A DNA stretch of 63,138 nt, filler included, from Octopus bimaculoides (lineage: Eukaryota), in NCBI RefSeq assembly GCF_001194135.2. It is 8 parts of 7 records of this genome, joined end to end, with 100 filler letters (N's around TTAATTAATTAA, not from the genome) between each part and the next. Parts side by side here need not be neighbours in the genome. Positions count along the whole stretch, not along the records: positions 31,484 to 38,559 come from NW_026389830.1; positions 38,660 to 43,252 come from NC_068984.1; positions 43,353 to 55,831 come from NC_068986.1; 5 more parts are not named here. One strand, given 5' to 3'. A model generated the notes under the pieces. It ran no database searches, was not told the DNA's origin, and saw nothing but the letters and a program-made list of their open reading frames with translations. This document shows, one piece after another, positions 38,432-51,104 of this stretch. The position numbers and the translations under genes were made by a program. Positions within the stretch are counted from its first letter, which is position 1. The number at the start of each line of letters is the position of its first letter.

Positions 38432-38522
38432 ACTTGGTTTCGCAAACTTCGGGTCCCTCGGCCCTCCGATACCGTGTTGTCTATGAACCTATTTTTTCTA
38501 AGTTTCATCTAACCATGAAGAC
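38432..38522 (+). ncRNA. U5-derived unit with replaced central domain (pseudogene or novel Sm-class-like RNA)
   Basis: 5' end acttggtttc resembles the U5 actctggtttc. 3' end gtctatgaacctattttttctaagtttcatctaaccatgaagac resembles the U5 3' end. The middle is unrelated and loop 1 is absent. Confidence 0.5.
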
Positions 38523-38968
38523 ATTAATTAAGATAACAGCAGGTTGTATGTGTGTGTGTNNNNNNNNNNNNNNNNNNNNNNNNNNNNNNNNNNNNNNNNN
38601 NNNTTAATTAATTAANNNNNNNNNNNNNNNNNNNNNNNNNNNNNNNNNNNNNNNNNNNNCATGTATTCTTTATTTCAACATTGGGAAAGGTTCTTCTTCA
38701 AATAAATATTAACAGGATTATCATCGAAAAGAAAAGTTTGTTAGAAACTGTTCACACTATCATGTCCGGCACATTCTACTGCATTATATATGCCGGCAGA
38801 GGCTTCCCTATAAAATAGGTTTAGAGGACATTTAGAAAAATCATTTCATAAGTGAAATGTTTTGTTTAAATTTTACGGAGACCATTTGATCTAATATTTT
38901 AATTCCAATATGTGTGTGTGTGTGTGTGTGTGTATGTGTGTGTGTGTATGTGTGTGTGTGTATGTGTA

Positions 38969-39008
<40 letters not shown>

Positions 39009-39039
39009 TGTGTGTGTATGTTTATGGTATACAGTGTTT

Positions 39040-39400
39040 GTTATCACTTCACTGATAATTTCAGTTGAACCCAATGAGAAGTTTACTCAATGGGACCCGG
39101 ATCTTAGTGCAGTCTGTCAATGATATTTTTCATTCGCGGCAAAATACTTAGTGGAAGTAAGAATGGAGAGGAGGCCTTTGTTCCACGCAGCACCATCTGT
39201 CCCAGGGAGACAGCCCTTCCCTTTAATATGAGTAGACGACAGTTTCCTGTTTTCCTAGCATTTGCAATGACTATAAGCAAAACACATGGGCACAGATTTA
39301 ACAATGTTGGCATCATCCTACTAGCACCAGTATTCAGCTATGGACAGCTTTATGTTGCATAGGTTAAACGAAGAAGCAATAATAATATTAAAATGTTGGT
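39040..39400 (+). mobile_element. Helitron Pif1-type helicase C-terminal remnant
   Basis: LNPMRSLLNGTRILV, then LPFNMSRRQFPVFLAFAMTISKTHG...PVFSYGQLYVA (RRQFPVRLAFAMTINKSQG...PVFSHGQLYVA motif). Confidence 0.85.
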
Positions 39401-40463
39401 AAAAGACCATCCTAAGCAAGATAAACTCGTTGGTTTTCACTCGAAATGTGGTGTTGAAACAATTGCTAAGTTTAAGTTAGTAATCTTTTAATTTTAATCT
39501 TATTTTCTGTATCATTTTCATGCCATCATTTCTGATGGTACGGGTACATTAATATAATACATGCATGCACAAACACATAATCACATTTATAAACAGCTCT
39601 TGCACAAACAAAAATCAAGATGGTTGCGTTTGGAATGTCTTGGACTATTAGAGACCAGGATCATGGGAGACACGGCGCTATACAACACAAAATGGAATAA
39701 CTACACTTGAGTGTAACTATGAGAACAACCATATTTTCCTTCCCCGCTCACACCACAAGCCAAATGTTTCACTTGGAAAATATAACAATTGTGAACTCGC
39801 CAAGGTGCGGAACAATTAAAACTGTATTTCTGTCTATGGCAGTGACGCTTTGAAGTAAACAAAGCTGTTTGAAGTGATTGATGCACACTCCTATTAAAAT
39901 GGAATACAGAAGCTGAATATTTTGTGCTTTATTATTTACGCAGCACTTAAAAATCTAAAAGGTACTCCAAACAATGATAAAAACTGTTGAATATACCACA
40001 TTATTACTTCACACGCTGAAGAGCATGTATACATTAACACACGCAGATATACACAAAGATGTACACATATAATACACAAAAATACGATTATGAAGTGTAT
40101 GATAAAATTATAATATATACTCTAAAATTGCAATTAAGTGTATATACATGATAAATACATCATACTTATATGTATATGAATGCCTCTATCGATATACATT
40201 GTTACATCACTTTAGTCATGGGTAGCGTCTAAAATGATTCTATTTAGGTGTTAGTTATATAGGAAATACATTTATGAGACAGTATTTTATTCAGTTCGTC
40301 CCGCTCGTCAAATATGCATATGAGTGATTGCACAGAATTCGACCATATGTATAGGTAGTCCACAGCTAATGCGAAAGAAACCATTGGTCGAATGAGATCT
40401 CTTCATTTAACGTATAATTAAATACCACCTACATATGCAGCCATATGTATATTTCTACGTGTA

Positions 40464-40505
<42 letters not shown>

Positions 40506-41369
40506 ATGTCTGTATGTCTGTCTATTTATCTATCTGTTTTAGCTTATGTATATATATATATATATATATGTCTGTGTGTGACTGTGTGTGCATGTGTGTC
40601 ACAATGATAATTACAAAACAGAAACAAAGCACACCATATTTTTCATGTTGAGCCCTTTGTATTAAAATTGTTTCACGTTTCATATGGTAAGAAAACAATG
40701 CAATTTTAAACACTCACGTACACGTGCATGATAAGTATATTTACGTAGAGAAATTCGAAAGGTGTACGTAATAGCCAACAAAAATCCATACGCACATACT
40801 TACATGCATACACATGCTTGCACTCAGGAACGTATACAATTATCCACTTACTACGCATTTCTGTGTGTTTGTGCGTGTTTGTGCCATCAGATCATATGGG
40901 CAATTACTTGTTATTCAGAAGTATGGCATAACAATTGAATTAATAATAGCTCTCCATAAAATATAATCACTGGTGAAGGAATTTCCGTGGAAAGTAGAAT
41001 ACAAAAAAGCAACATCAAATACGCTCACAAACCAACTTCCCTTAGGTTAGAAGCACGACATTATTGTAAACCTGCACATCAACTGCATCGACCCCGCCAA
41101 TCTTAGACTTTTACAGACATCGCATTCTTCGAAGTAAAAGGGGATAATAAACAATACGAATCAATAGAACATGTACAAGTATCAGTAAACATAAATATGA
41201 ATCAATAGAAGCCATTTATTTTTCGCATCTACCGTTATCATTCACATACAAACACAACACATCACACACGCGTGCGCGCGTACATATATATATATACAGA
41301 TACACACATACATACATGTGTGTGTGTGTTTATATATATATGTATGTGTTTATATATGTATATATAAAT

Positions 41370-41540
<171 letters not shown>

Positions 41541-41989
41541 CATACATATGTGAGTGGGTGCGTGTGCATGTGTGTGAGTGTGTATGTGTGCAAAGACAGA
41601 AAGAGAGAGACAGGGAGAATGAGAGGGGAAGAAAGAGATTTAGAAAGTTATAGATACAGAATTTCAGTACGCTTTGGTATTGGCTCTCTTTTGTCATCGT
41701 ATATAACTTGATAGTAGAAAAACGTGTTTTTATGTTCTGAAATGTATACGAGAAAATTCCTGAAAATATTTCTCTTTGCTGATCAAATGTAAAAAGCCTT
41801 CAACGCATGTTTTATCGAATAGTAGTAGAAATCTCGTTGTAGATACAAGGAGCCTCATTATGCTGGGTCACATTTTCATTTCATTTGCGTTAACGTTGGA
41901 ACACTGTCCTAGCTGTTTAACATTGTATCACACAATTGTAGTGATTAATAAAATTTCTCGCATCTTCCATCTTTTGTCTACCCTTTACC

Positions 41990-42400
41990 ACATATATATA
42001 AAACACAGGATGTGTGTCTGTTTTTGTGTTTTTTATGTCGTTAAATATCGTGATCCACGCAACCGATTTTATTGAAATTTCGCACATGCTTTACATAGGT
42101 TTCCTGTAGTCTCATGGGCCACAATAAGTTTAAAATTCTTGCCCAATGTTGTTCGAGGGGCAGATAAGATAAACCGCAATTTCGAAGCATTTTCAACGCG
42201 TTAAGGCCCGTGACATAAGTATCCAGTCACTTTCCTCTAAATTTGCAACAAATATTTATCACGCTCCTCGATTTGCTGTTGACTAAAAGAAAATTTCCGA
42301 TCCCGACTATGGGCACCAAAAACATGCATGTTCATCAGATTTGCGTTTGACCGCGTAACCACTTTTGATAGCTTCGCTCGTCACCTCCAATTAGTTCCCA
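41990..42400 (+). mobile_element. Possible non-autonomous Helitron-like element
   Basis: catatatataaaacacaggatgtgtgtctg... start and the accgattttattgaaatttcgcac motif resemble Helitron-N elements. The 3' end was not identified. Confidence 0.35.
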
Positions 42401-43352
42401 CCCCGTGTTCCTTTCCCCCTTTAGTCGCATGCATTTTTTTAAAACTCAATTTTATTTAAGTTTATCATGTTTAATATGTGTTAAAAGTACAATTTGAATT
42501 TTGTTTATAATTTTATTTTCATTTTTGTTGGATCCCTCTTATTTGTTCAGTACTGTCTTTTTTCAATTTGGCAGCAATCATTTTCTTTACCTCCATCTCC
42601 AAGTGGAGCAATCCTTTAGCTGAGTTTAAAGAACACACTCAGTTAGTAGTGAAGGAGCTTAACTCCTGAAGTGCTTCAAAATATGTTTCACAACGCAAAG
42701 GAGATATTTGAAGTATGCAGGGATACAAAAATGTTGAAACTTTTCAATAAAAGTTTGACACAAGATTTATTAATCACTCACCTTCACTCACTCACTTTCT
42801 CTCTCCTTCTGTCTCACGCACACACACATACGCACAAACACAATTACACACAGACACACAGACGCACACACACATACACACAAAGTCTATTTCATATACA
42901 CGTACATAAATCTTTCACTGTCTCCTCTCTCTCACTTTCTACTCGAATTTCAAAGCAAATATCACGGTTTCACTTTCTCTTTTTCAATTTCTGCTTTCTT
43001 TGAAGCATAAACAAAGAAAAAATCATTTACGGAAATTAACGAATACATTCGAAAACTGAGTTGCCGATTTTGACGCATGCGGTCTCAAAAGATTCCATAA
43101 TCTTTCGGCAAGTTAACAAATTAAGAAATTATTTTTATTGTCATTTACATATTTTCATTAGAAAAATTTAACATATTGTATCTTACGCTGGACATATGGT
43201 ATTGTTCCTGTGATTTTCCACCCTTATGTATCCATTTTTACTATAAGATATANNNNNNNNNNNNNNNNNNNNNNNNNNNNNNNNNNNNNNNNNNNNTTAA
43301 TTAATTAANNNNNNNNNNNNNNNNNNNNNNNNNNNNNNNNNNNNNNNNNNNN

Positions 43353-43615
43353 GGTTTCGATTTCCAGACCGGACGTTGTGAGTGTTTATTGGGCGAAAAC
43401 ATGTAAAGCTCCACGAGACTCCGGCAGGGGTCGTGGCAAATCCTGCTGTACTCTTTCACCACAACTTTCTCTCACTCTTTCTTCCTGTTTCTGTTGTACC
43501 TGTATTTCAAAGGGCCAGCCTTGTCACACTCTGTGTCACGCTGAATCTCCTCCGAGAACTAAGGGTACACGTGTCTGTGGAGTGCTCAGCCACTTGCACG
43601 TTAATTTCACGAGCC
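43353..43615 (+). mobile_element. SINE of a separate octopus family
   Basis: B-box-like ggtttcgatttcc, then gggccagccttgtcacactctgtgtcacgctgaatctc and a gtggagtgctcagccacttgcacgttaatttcacgagc tail. Confidence 0.65.
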
Positions 43616-44099
43616 CCCCCCCCACATATATGCATGTCAATATATATAGACATATATATGCATACATGTATTTGCGCGTGTGCGTGTGTGTATGTGTGTA
43701 AACAGCTATGCGAAGCAATAGTGGTAAATAAGCTGACTTTAGAACGGTTGAAATATGTTTGGGTCATATTCCAACTTGTAAAGTCTTTTTCACTGTTTTT
43801 GCCACGGAGAGAAGATTCTTTAGGCAAAACAGTGTAGAGTGTTGTCTAAAGATTGGTAGTGCCAGTTGTAGCTTCTTAGCTGTCTTCAGTACTAGATACG
43901 AAACTTTCAATAATTTCTATCATTGCTTCACGCAACGACTTACATACTTTCCTGGCCTCGCAAACACAGATTTGCGAATAACTTGTTATTTTTTATAATA
44001 CTAAGCTTTCTAGTCCGCTCAGAGTCACTTCTGGTGTCTGCTGCTGAAGACAGCCAAGATCTAAGGAATGCATCTACGAGTTCTCGGGGAGCACTCTGA

Positions 44100-44965
44100 G
44101 CTATCTATGGTATTCTTACATATCTTTGCTTAAAGCAAGAATATTTTTTTCTTCGGCAAATTGCAATGAAAAAGCCTTTACAGTTGTAGAATAATTCAAA
44201 GGAGAGGGGCCCAAATTCTGCGAGATAGCTGCTCAATCTGAAGAGGGTGGTACCCTGTAGTTCTTCAGAAGAAATTTGTCCGTTTGTTTGCATTTGCTGA
44301 AAATTTCGGTTCTGGAATTCAAAATATGTGATATTTCAGCTACGCATAATTTGTATTTCTTGGTTCCATAAACATATGTCATAGATTTCTTAACGATTCT
44401 CCACTTGATTGTTTGTGGTGTGCAATTTGTTTCCAAGCTCCACACCTGGCTAACCAATGTCCTGGTTTTATTTTTGTCGATGTGTCGGAAAAATAATAGG
44501 TGGTTTGCAAAACGTTTTTTGAAAACACTTTCGCATAATCCGATGTAATTTTACTTTGCGGTAAGGTTATCAAGAAGCATTGCTTTGACTTCTGCCTCAT
44601 ATACGACAGAGTTTATCATACTCGCCTGGGCAAACGGGCAAGCTTCATGGTCTCGACAGTTACAACCGGGAGTGGGCTTTTGATGATGCTAACGAGTGAT
44701 AATGTTCATCATATTGGGGCAGCAGCTGTACGATATTTTAACCCAGCGTCTGTTAAAATTCTTCTTGTGTTTGTGGTTCACTTTGACATGCTTATCTAAA
44801 AAGACTAGAATGTCTTGCCTACGTTAGTTTTAACATTTAGGGAGAGCGGGTGGGGCAAACCATAATTTTTCCTAGGTCTATTTTTAGGTCTATTTTTACA
44901 ATTTATACTTTTACTTGAAGTGTTGCGATATCACTTATCTTTGAAGCCACTCTCCGCTACGGCAT
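44100..44965 (-). mobile_element. PLE 3' remnant (RT thumb to GIY-YIG), same family as 690-2108
   Basis: Minus strand DNAVAESGFKDK..NRPRKI/WFxPP..NVKTNVGKTF, matching 1470-1620 at DNA level. VSQVWSLE...IKWRIVKK...KLCVAEISHILNSRTEIFSKCKQTDKFLL. Confidence 0.85.
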
Positions 44966-45065
44966 TGTCATACTTTTATTCTTTTCCTTGTTTCAATCAT
45001 TTGACTCCGGCCATAACACTGGCCTGCAGATTTGTAACACGATGAACTTAAAATGTTTACCAGTG

Positions 45066-45124
45066 ACTCATACTGAAGAAGGTTGAGGCCCTCGGGCCAT
45101 AATCCGAAATCATGGTATATGAGT
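45066..45124 (+). ncRNA. Putative minimal type I hammerhead ribozyme
   Basis: actcata-CTGAAGA-a-gg..ggccc(tc)gggcc..cc-GAAA-tcatg-GTA/tatgagt. Helix I is 7 bp and predicted cleavage is after 45117. Confidence 0.65.
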
Positions 45125-46440
45125 ATCATATTCATTAAAGGTTTGCTTTTTTAATGTCTTAGTTCTTTGTCGGTTTCCTCGCCTACTGTTGTTTTTCTGT
45201 TATTTGGTGCCTTCCGGCGGTTGAATTGGGAATTTAGCCCCTATTTCTAAACATGTCGATGCTTTTTCCGCATCCTCATGCTTTGTGCTNNNNNNNNNNN
45301 NNNNNNNNNNNNNNNNNNNNNNNNNNNNNNNNNNNNNNNNNNNNNNNNNNNNNNNNNNNNNNNNNNNNNNNNNNNNNNNNNNNNNNNNNTTTCTGTCCCG
45401 TCAAAGCTATTCATAATGGTGTCAAAAGCATTCGTTTCATTCCTTTTAACCCAATAAATATACTTATTAGTGGAGTAGAACACAAGCGATTTGCTCGATG
45501 GTAACTTTCCTAGTAGAAGACGAAAGGTTTCTTTAGGGAGAGGGTCTTTAAAAATATAAAAACAATAAGCATTGGAGAAAATTGCAATACTATCAGTTCG
45601 ATTTTTTAGAAAAAAAGTTGATAAGGAAATTTAGGGCAGATCTTGTTTATAGAGTCAATTGCAAAATGTACTCATCTCAACTGGTTAGACGTGGGAGTGG
45701 TTAGGGCAATACTCCACCATACATACAGCACTCAAATATGTGTGTGTAGGGCAATAAGAGATGTTATCTCAGGACAAACATCGCAGTAACTGGCCTATCA
45801 ACGGTGTATATACATTAAGTGTGATACACAGAGGGCTATTATAATTTAATACAGCTTCAGATGCTTATACGGGATGTTAATCAGTAAAAGTTTTATTCAC
45901 TTTTCTTTTATCAGGATAAATACTGCAGTAATTGGCCAATCAACAGTGTGCATACATTAAATATGATACATAGATGGCTATTTTACACACATACACACAC
46001 AAACACACACATGTACACACACACACACACACACACACACGCACGCACACACACGTAACCTGTATATGTATGTGTGTGAGGAGCTAACACATCGCTGATT
46101 TACCATCATTCCACTATATTTCAAAGAGTTCTTCAACATTTTCAACAATGTTTAAATGTGTAATAACCCGGTTCATCTTCTCTAAATGTCTTTATAAATG
46201 TATTCAGCATTCATGTTCATTTACAAACATATTATACGTGCTCACACACAAATATACAAAGCTGCACCCATATACACATGGATACACAGTCGCACATATA
46301 TACCTATACATACATGACTTACATGTATCCATTCAAACACATACATACACGTGCACATGACTCCGTATCTACGCCTCACGCGTGCATATATTTATACTTG
46401 CATTCATATATGCATATAGACATGCATATATGTATATATA

Positions 46441-46473
<33 letters not shown>

Positions 46474-47221
46474 NNNNNNNNNNNNNNNNNNNNNNNNNNN
46501 NNNNNNNNNNNNNNNNNNNNNNNNNNNNNNNNNNNNNNNNNNNNNNNNNNNNNNNNNNNNNNNNNNNNNNNNNNNNNNNNNNNNNNNNNNNNNNNNNNNN
46601 NNNNNNNNNNNNNNNNNNNNNNNNNNNNNNNNNNNNNNNNNNNNNNNNNNNNNNNNNNNNNNNNNNNNNNNNNNNNNNNNNNNNNNNNNNNNNNNNNNNN
46701 NNNNNNNNNNNNNNNNNNNNNNNNNNNNNNNNNNNNNNNNNNNNNNNNNNNNNNNNNNNNNNNNNNNNNNNNNNNNNNNNNNNNNNNNNNNNNNNNNNNN
46801 NNNNNNNNNNNNNNNNNNNNNNNNNNNNNNNNNNNNNNNNNNNNNNNNNNNNNNNNNNNNNNNNNNNNNNNNNNNNNNNNNNNNNNNNNNNNNNNNTATA
46901 TATATATATTTACATATGTATATATATATATGTGTGTGTATATATATATGTATACATATATATGTATGTATATAAATGCATGTCTGAATGTGTGTATAGA
47001 CATGTACGTATATATATATATACGTATGTATGTATGTATGTATGTATGTATACGCTAATATCGAACAGTGGAAAATGAGTGCTCAACATTATATTGGCTG
47101 AGAAATAGTCTTTATTTGAAAGCTTACAAGGCTACCATTGGTTTCATGCCATGAATTCTCAGCTATTATCAAGCCTTCCACATAGGACGTTGATACTCGT
47201 CTCCATCTTGGATGAGAATAC

Positions 47222-47259
<38 letters not shown>

Positions 47260-47529
47260 ACACACACACCCACACACACACACACACACACACATATATA
47301 CATACATACTATATAGATACATACATACTATATATTTATGCAGACACACACATACACACATGCACATATGTACGAGCATACGTACATACCGCCAATATGT
47401 ACAGCAAACACAAAACGAAGAGCAAGCACCACAACCAAAGCCTTAACAACAGCAACAACAACTTCTACTCTTAGCAACATCGACCACATTCACGACTAAC
47501 ACCGACGCAGCCACCGTCGAGAAGAGCCA

Positions 47530-47700
47530 TTGAGGGCACCCCACTGCGTTCGCTTGATACGCAAGAATTAGCAGCTAAATCTCTTTCAAATCACATCCTA
47601 CCCGCTTCAAATGAACGAGCACTTTATGCAATGCTCTTCTGAGTACCCCTAAAGAGGTGTGATGGTTACGGCTGGAGCACCATTGATTATGTGCTTGCAC
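47530..47700 (+). mobile_element. SINE tail fragment (family also at about 25230-25420, 55960-56080 and 56280-56430)
   Basis: Shared gcagctaaatctc.ttcaaatcac.tcct and gatggt.acggctgga motifs. Confidence 0.5.
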
Positions 47701-48350
47701 GGCGTTATCGTGGGGGCTACATAAAATGAAATGACAATAGAAATGAAAACCCCTTCAAACACTATAATCACCAACACCACCCCTTATATCAAAAACAACA
47801 TTAACAACAACAACAACAATACTAAGTATAATTAAGTGGCCGGGGGTGGGGGCAGTGCTAATATCTTTGCTAAAACTATTGTCCCTTTCGTTGGCCATCA
47901 TTATTATTATAGTGTCCTTTCGCATGTTTTTGTCTCTGAACTCAGAAGAGCACACCACCCAAGCATCACGTGACCACATCGTGTCAGAAGGTAAGCCAAT
48001 TCATTCACATTTTCTTTCTCAATTTTGGGTCTGTCTTTCTGCCTAAATAGCAAAATTTCTATGTATACGTTATGTTTATCCATCTATTTATCACTCTCTC
48101 TCTATATATTNNNNNNNNNNNNNNNNNNNNNNNNNNNNNNNNNNNNNNNNNNNNNNNNNNNNNNNNNNNNNNNNNNNNNNNNNNNNNNNNNNNNNNNNNN
48201 NNNNNNNNNNNNNNNNNNNNNNNNNNNNNNNNNNNNNNNNNNNNNNNNNNNNNNNNNNNNNNNNNNNNNNNNNNNNNNNNNNNNNNNNNNNNNNNNNNNN
48301 NNNNNNNNNNNNNNNNNNNNNNNNNNNNNNNNNNNNNNNNNNNNNNNNNN

Positions 48351-48392
<42 letters not shown>

Positions 48393-49097
48393 CACATACA
48401 TACATGCACATACATACACATACATACATACATATACATATATGTATGTATGTATATCTACACACACAAATACATACCCTTCTATCGTTCTAAATCTTTC
48501 ATCTATCTATATACTGTCTATATATATCTATATATATCTATATATATCTATCTATATACTGTCTATGTATTGATCTGTCTGTTTCTGTATTTATTCATTC
48601 CTGTCAACCTATCACTCTATGCAGATTTCCATTCTCTGTATCTCACTATCCATCTATTTATCAATTCATCTATTTCTCTTCTTATTTATTTCCTACCTGT
48701 CCGTCTAATTGTCTCTCTGTCTCTTTACCTAGTCAATCAATCAATTTCTCTGTCTGTCTGTCTGTCTATCTATCTATTTTAATGTTTTATCTTTTCTACC
48801 TCTCTTAGATGTCATTAACTATGTATATGTATGTTTTAATATCTTTCATCACATATTTATGAATATGTTTGAACTTAACACTGATTGCATACGTCTATAC
48901 AAATGTACATACACATCTACACATATATGGGTAAATATATACTCAAGGACACACACAAACACACACACTTGTGTATATGTATATACGTACTTATATATAC
49001 TACTTACATATAAATACATGCTTTCATATCCACGAGAACATGTATGTATGTGTAAATACAAATACATAATGCACATACATACATACATACGTACGTA

Positions 49098-49149
<52 letters not shown>

Positions 49150-49374
49150 ATAAAGTATATATGTAAGTTATATTGACAGTGATTTCGAAATTTCAACGGA
49201 CGGCTTATTTAGGCTGAATGTATGCGAGGCCCGTTATAAGTTTAAACCAGATTCTATTCACTAGCAGAGCTGTAAGAAATATACAAAATAAGATACGGGT
49301 TCGCTTCTTGCAAGTAACCTTCGACCATCTTTTTTTTCTCTATAAGCATTTTTTTCCACCTCAATAAAAAAATC

Positions 49375-49530
49375 GTTAAGTCTTTGTGAAAAATGTCTTG
49401 CGGTATTTCTTCCGTACCTTCACGCTTTGAGTTCAATACTCACAGGAGTCGACTTTGCCTTTCGTTTATACGAGGCTAGTAAAATGCAATACTAGCCCAA
49501 GTACTGATGTTGATATAATCGGTCAAGTGA
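49375..49530 (+). mobile_element. Deu/Nin-domain-like SINE
   Basis: tgagttcaatactcacaggagtcgactttgcctttc core. Confidence 0.65.
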
Positions 49531-49719
49531 CTTCTCACAAAAATTACTGACCGTCTGCTTGAATTAGGATATATTCTTTTAGATGCTTCCACTTCGAGTC
49601 TCATCCTTAAAATACACGATTATTTTACCCCTCGAAGTTTCTACATGTTTATAATGTCAGCAGATCTACTTTCTCTCTTGAAAAAATAAAGTTTCTAATC
49701 GGATGGAAGAAAGTTTACT

Positions 49720-49790
49720 TTTAGTATTAATGGTTAGTACATTTATCATGGTTACAGAAGATGCAAGTTCGAATCCCGCAGGTCGCATTC
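49720..49790 (+). pseudogene. Degenerate tRNA-like sequence (tRNA pseudogene or SINE head)
   Basis: A-box-like tagtattaatggttag and B box gttcgaatcc at tRNA-like spacing. The acceptor and anticodon stems do not pair. Confidence 0.35.
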
Positions 49791-50138
49791 CACCCTCTTT
49801 TCATCTAAGTTTTTTTTTTCTTTTAATCCACTATACCGCATCCTGCTATTCATAGTATGTAATATCTATTTATTAAATTTGGATGCATGAGGCATTTTAT
49901 GATTGGCTAAATAGCTAATTTTTATCTTCGCCTAGAGACAAATATGAATGCAAAATATCCATACAAGCCCATCCCAATGTCAATACATACTCTCTGCTCT
50001 ATAAGTAAATATTTACATGCTTATATGAATACATAAATATATATATATATGCATATATGTATATGTATATGTGTGTATATATATGTGTGTATGTATATGT
50101 ATATATGTATATTTATATGTGTATACACACACATATAT

Positions 50139-50175
<37 letters not shown>

Positions 50176-50199
50176 CGAATATACGAATATACGAATGGT

Positions 50200-51050
50200 C
50201 AGTAGCTCATATATCCGAAAAGAAGCAGACGCTAAAGTATTAGAGCAGTAATGTATTATTTTAGGAAGTTAAAAGCTATGGCTGGTCATGGAATGACCAT
50301 TGGTTTCACACTTATAAAACGCTTAACAGTATAGGTGACTCGTCAGACTCAAATGACTGAAGGTGGATAACCTCTCTACACTTGGATGAAGAGATATGTG
50401 ACGGTCAGTTGGTTTGTTATCCTCCTTACATTGGCTCCGGTCATGATTATATGCGAAGGAGCTGTGACGGGACTATTCAACGAAGGAGCAAAGTCAAGTC
50501 TGAATTAGGATACGTTTTAGATGGAAGCATTGATTGAATACTTCTTTCTTGGAGTTTAAAAGGATCCCCGTGTCGAGCGAGTTTTTAAGATTCTTGCTCT
50601 CTCAGCCAAGCAAAGCTACATCGTTTGATTATGTTTATACAAGCCCCTAGTTGTTCAAGGAATTTCCATTTAATTATGTATGGGTTCTTTCTTTTAAGCT
50701 CCATACATGTTTGGCCAGGGACGTGGTGTTGCACTTTTCTGGTATCCTAAAGAACTTGTGGTTGTTCAGATGTTGCTTAAACGGGGGCGCGTTTGAACCA
50801 ACATATTTTCGTGTCTGTGTATTGGACATGCTCCGATGTTTCTTTTAACTCTGGACCTGATGTCGTTGTTGTTGTTGTTGTTGCGCTGGAGTCGTTGACG
50901 GTGCTGATAATCTTGGGCGTAATTCTGGTGGTTCTGTTGTTGCTGGCGTAGCGTCTATCTCCACCCGCAAAATTGGTTTTTGCTGCTGCTGTCACAACTG
51001 TTGGTATTGTTCTCTCTGCTGCTTGAAGTACTGATACCACGACTGCCATC
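50200..51050 (-). mobile_element. PLE 3' part (Asn-rich linker, GIY-YIG, terminal repeat with hammerhead)
   Basis: Minus strand KYVG..FKQHLNNHKFFRIPEKCNTTSLAKHVWSLKE...LLNSKKEVFNQCFHLKR. Confidence 0.8.
50291..50350 (-). ncRNA. Putative type I hammerhead ribozyme in PLE terminal repeat
   Basis: Minus strand gagt-CTGACGA-gtcac...gtgt-GAAA-cc(aat)g-GTC/attc. Helix III is 3 bp and the base of helix II is imperfect. Confidence 0.55.
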
Positions 51051-51104
51051 GCCGCTACCATTGTTGCCATTACAACAATGGTAGCAGTTGTAACTATACA
51101 CAGG

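Noticed and set aside
40335-40405. attcgacca/tggtcgaat hairpin with GAAACCATTGGTC as a hammerhead
   Set aside because: There is no CUGANGA half-core upstream.
49720-49790. Functional tRNA gene
   Set aside because: Only the A and B boxes are recognisable and a cloverleaf cannot be formed.
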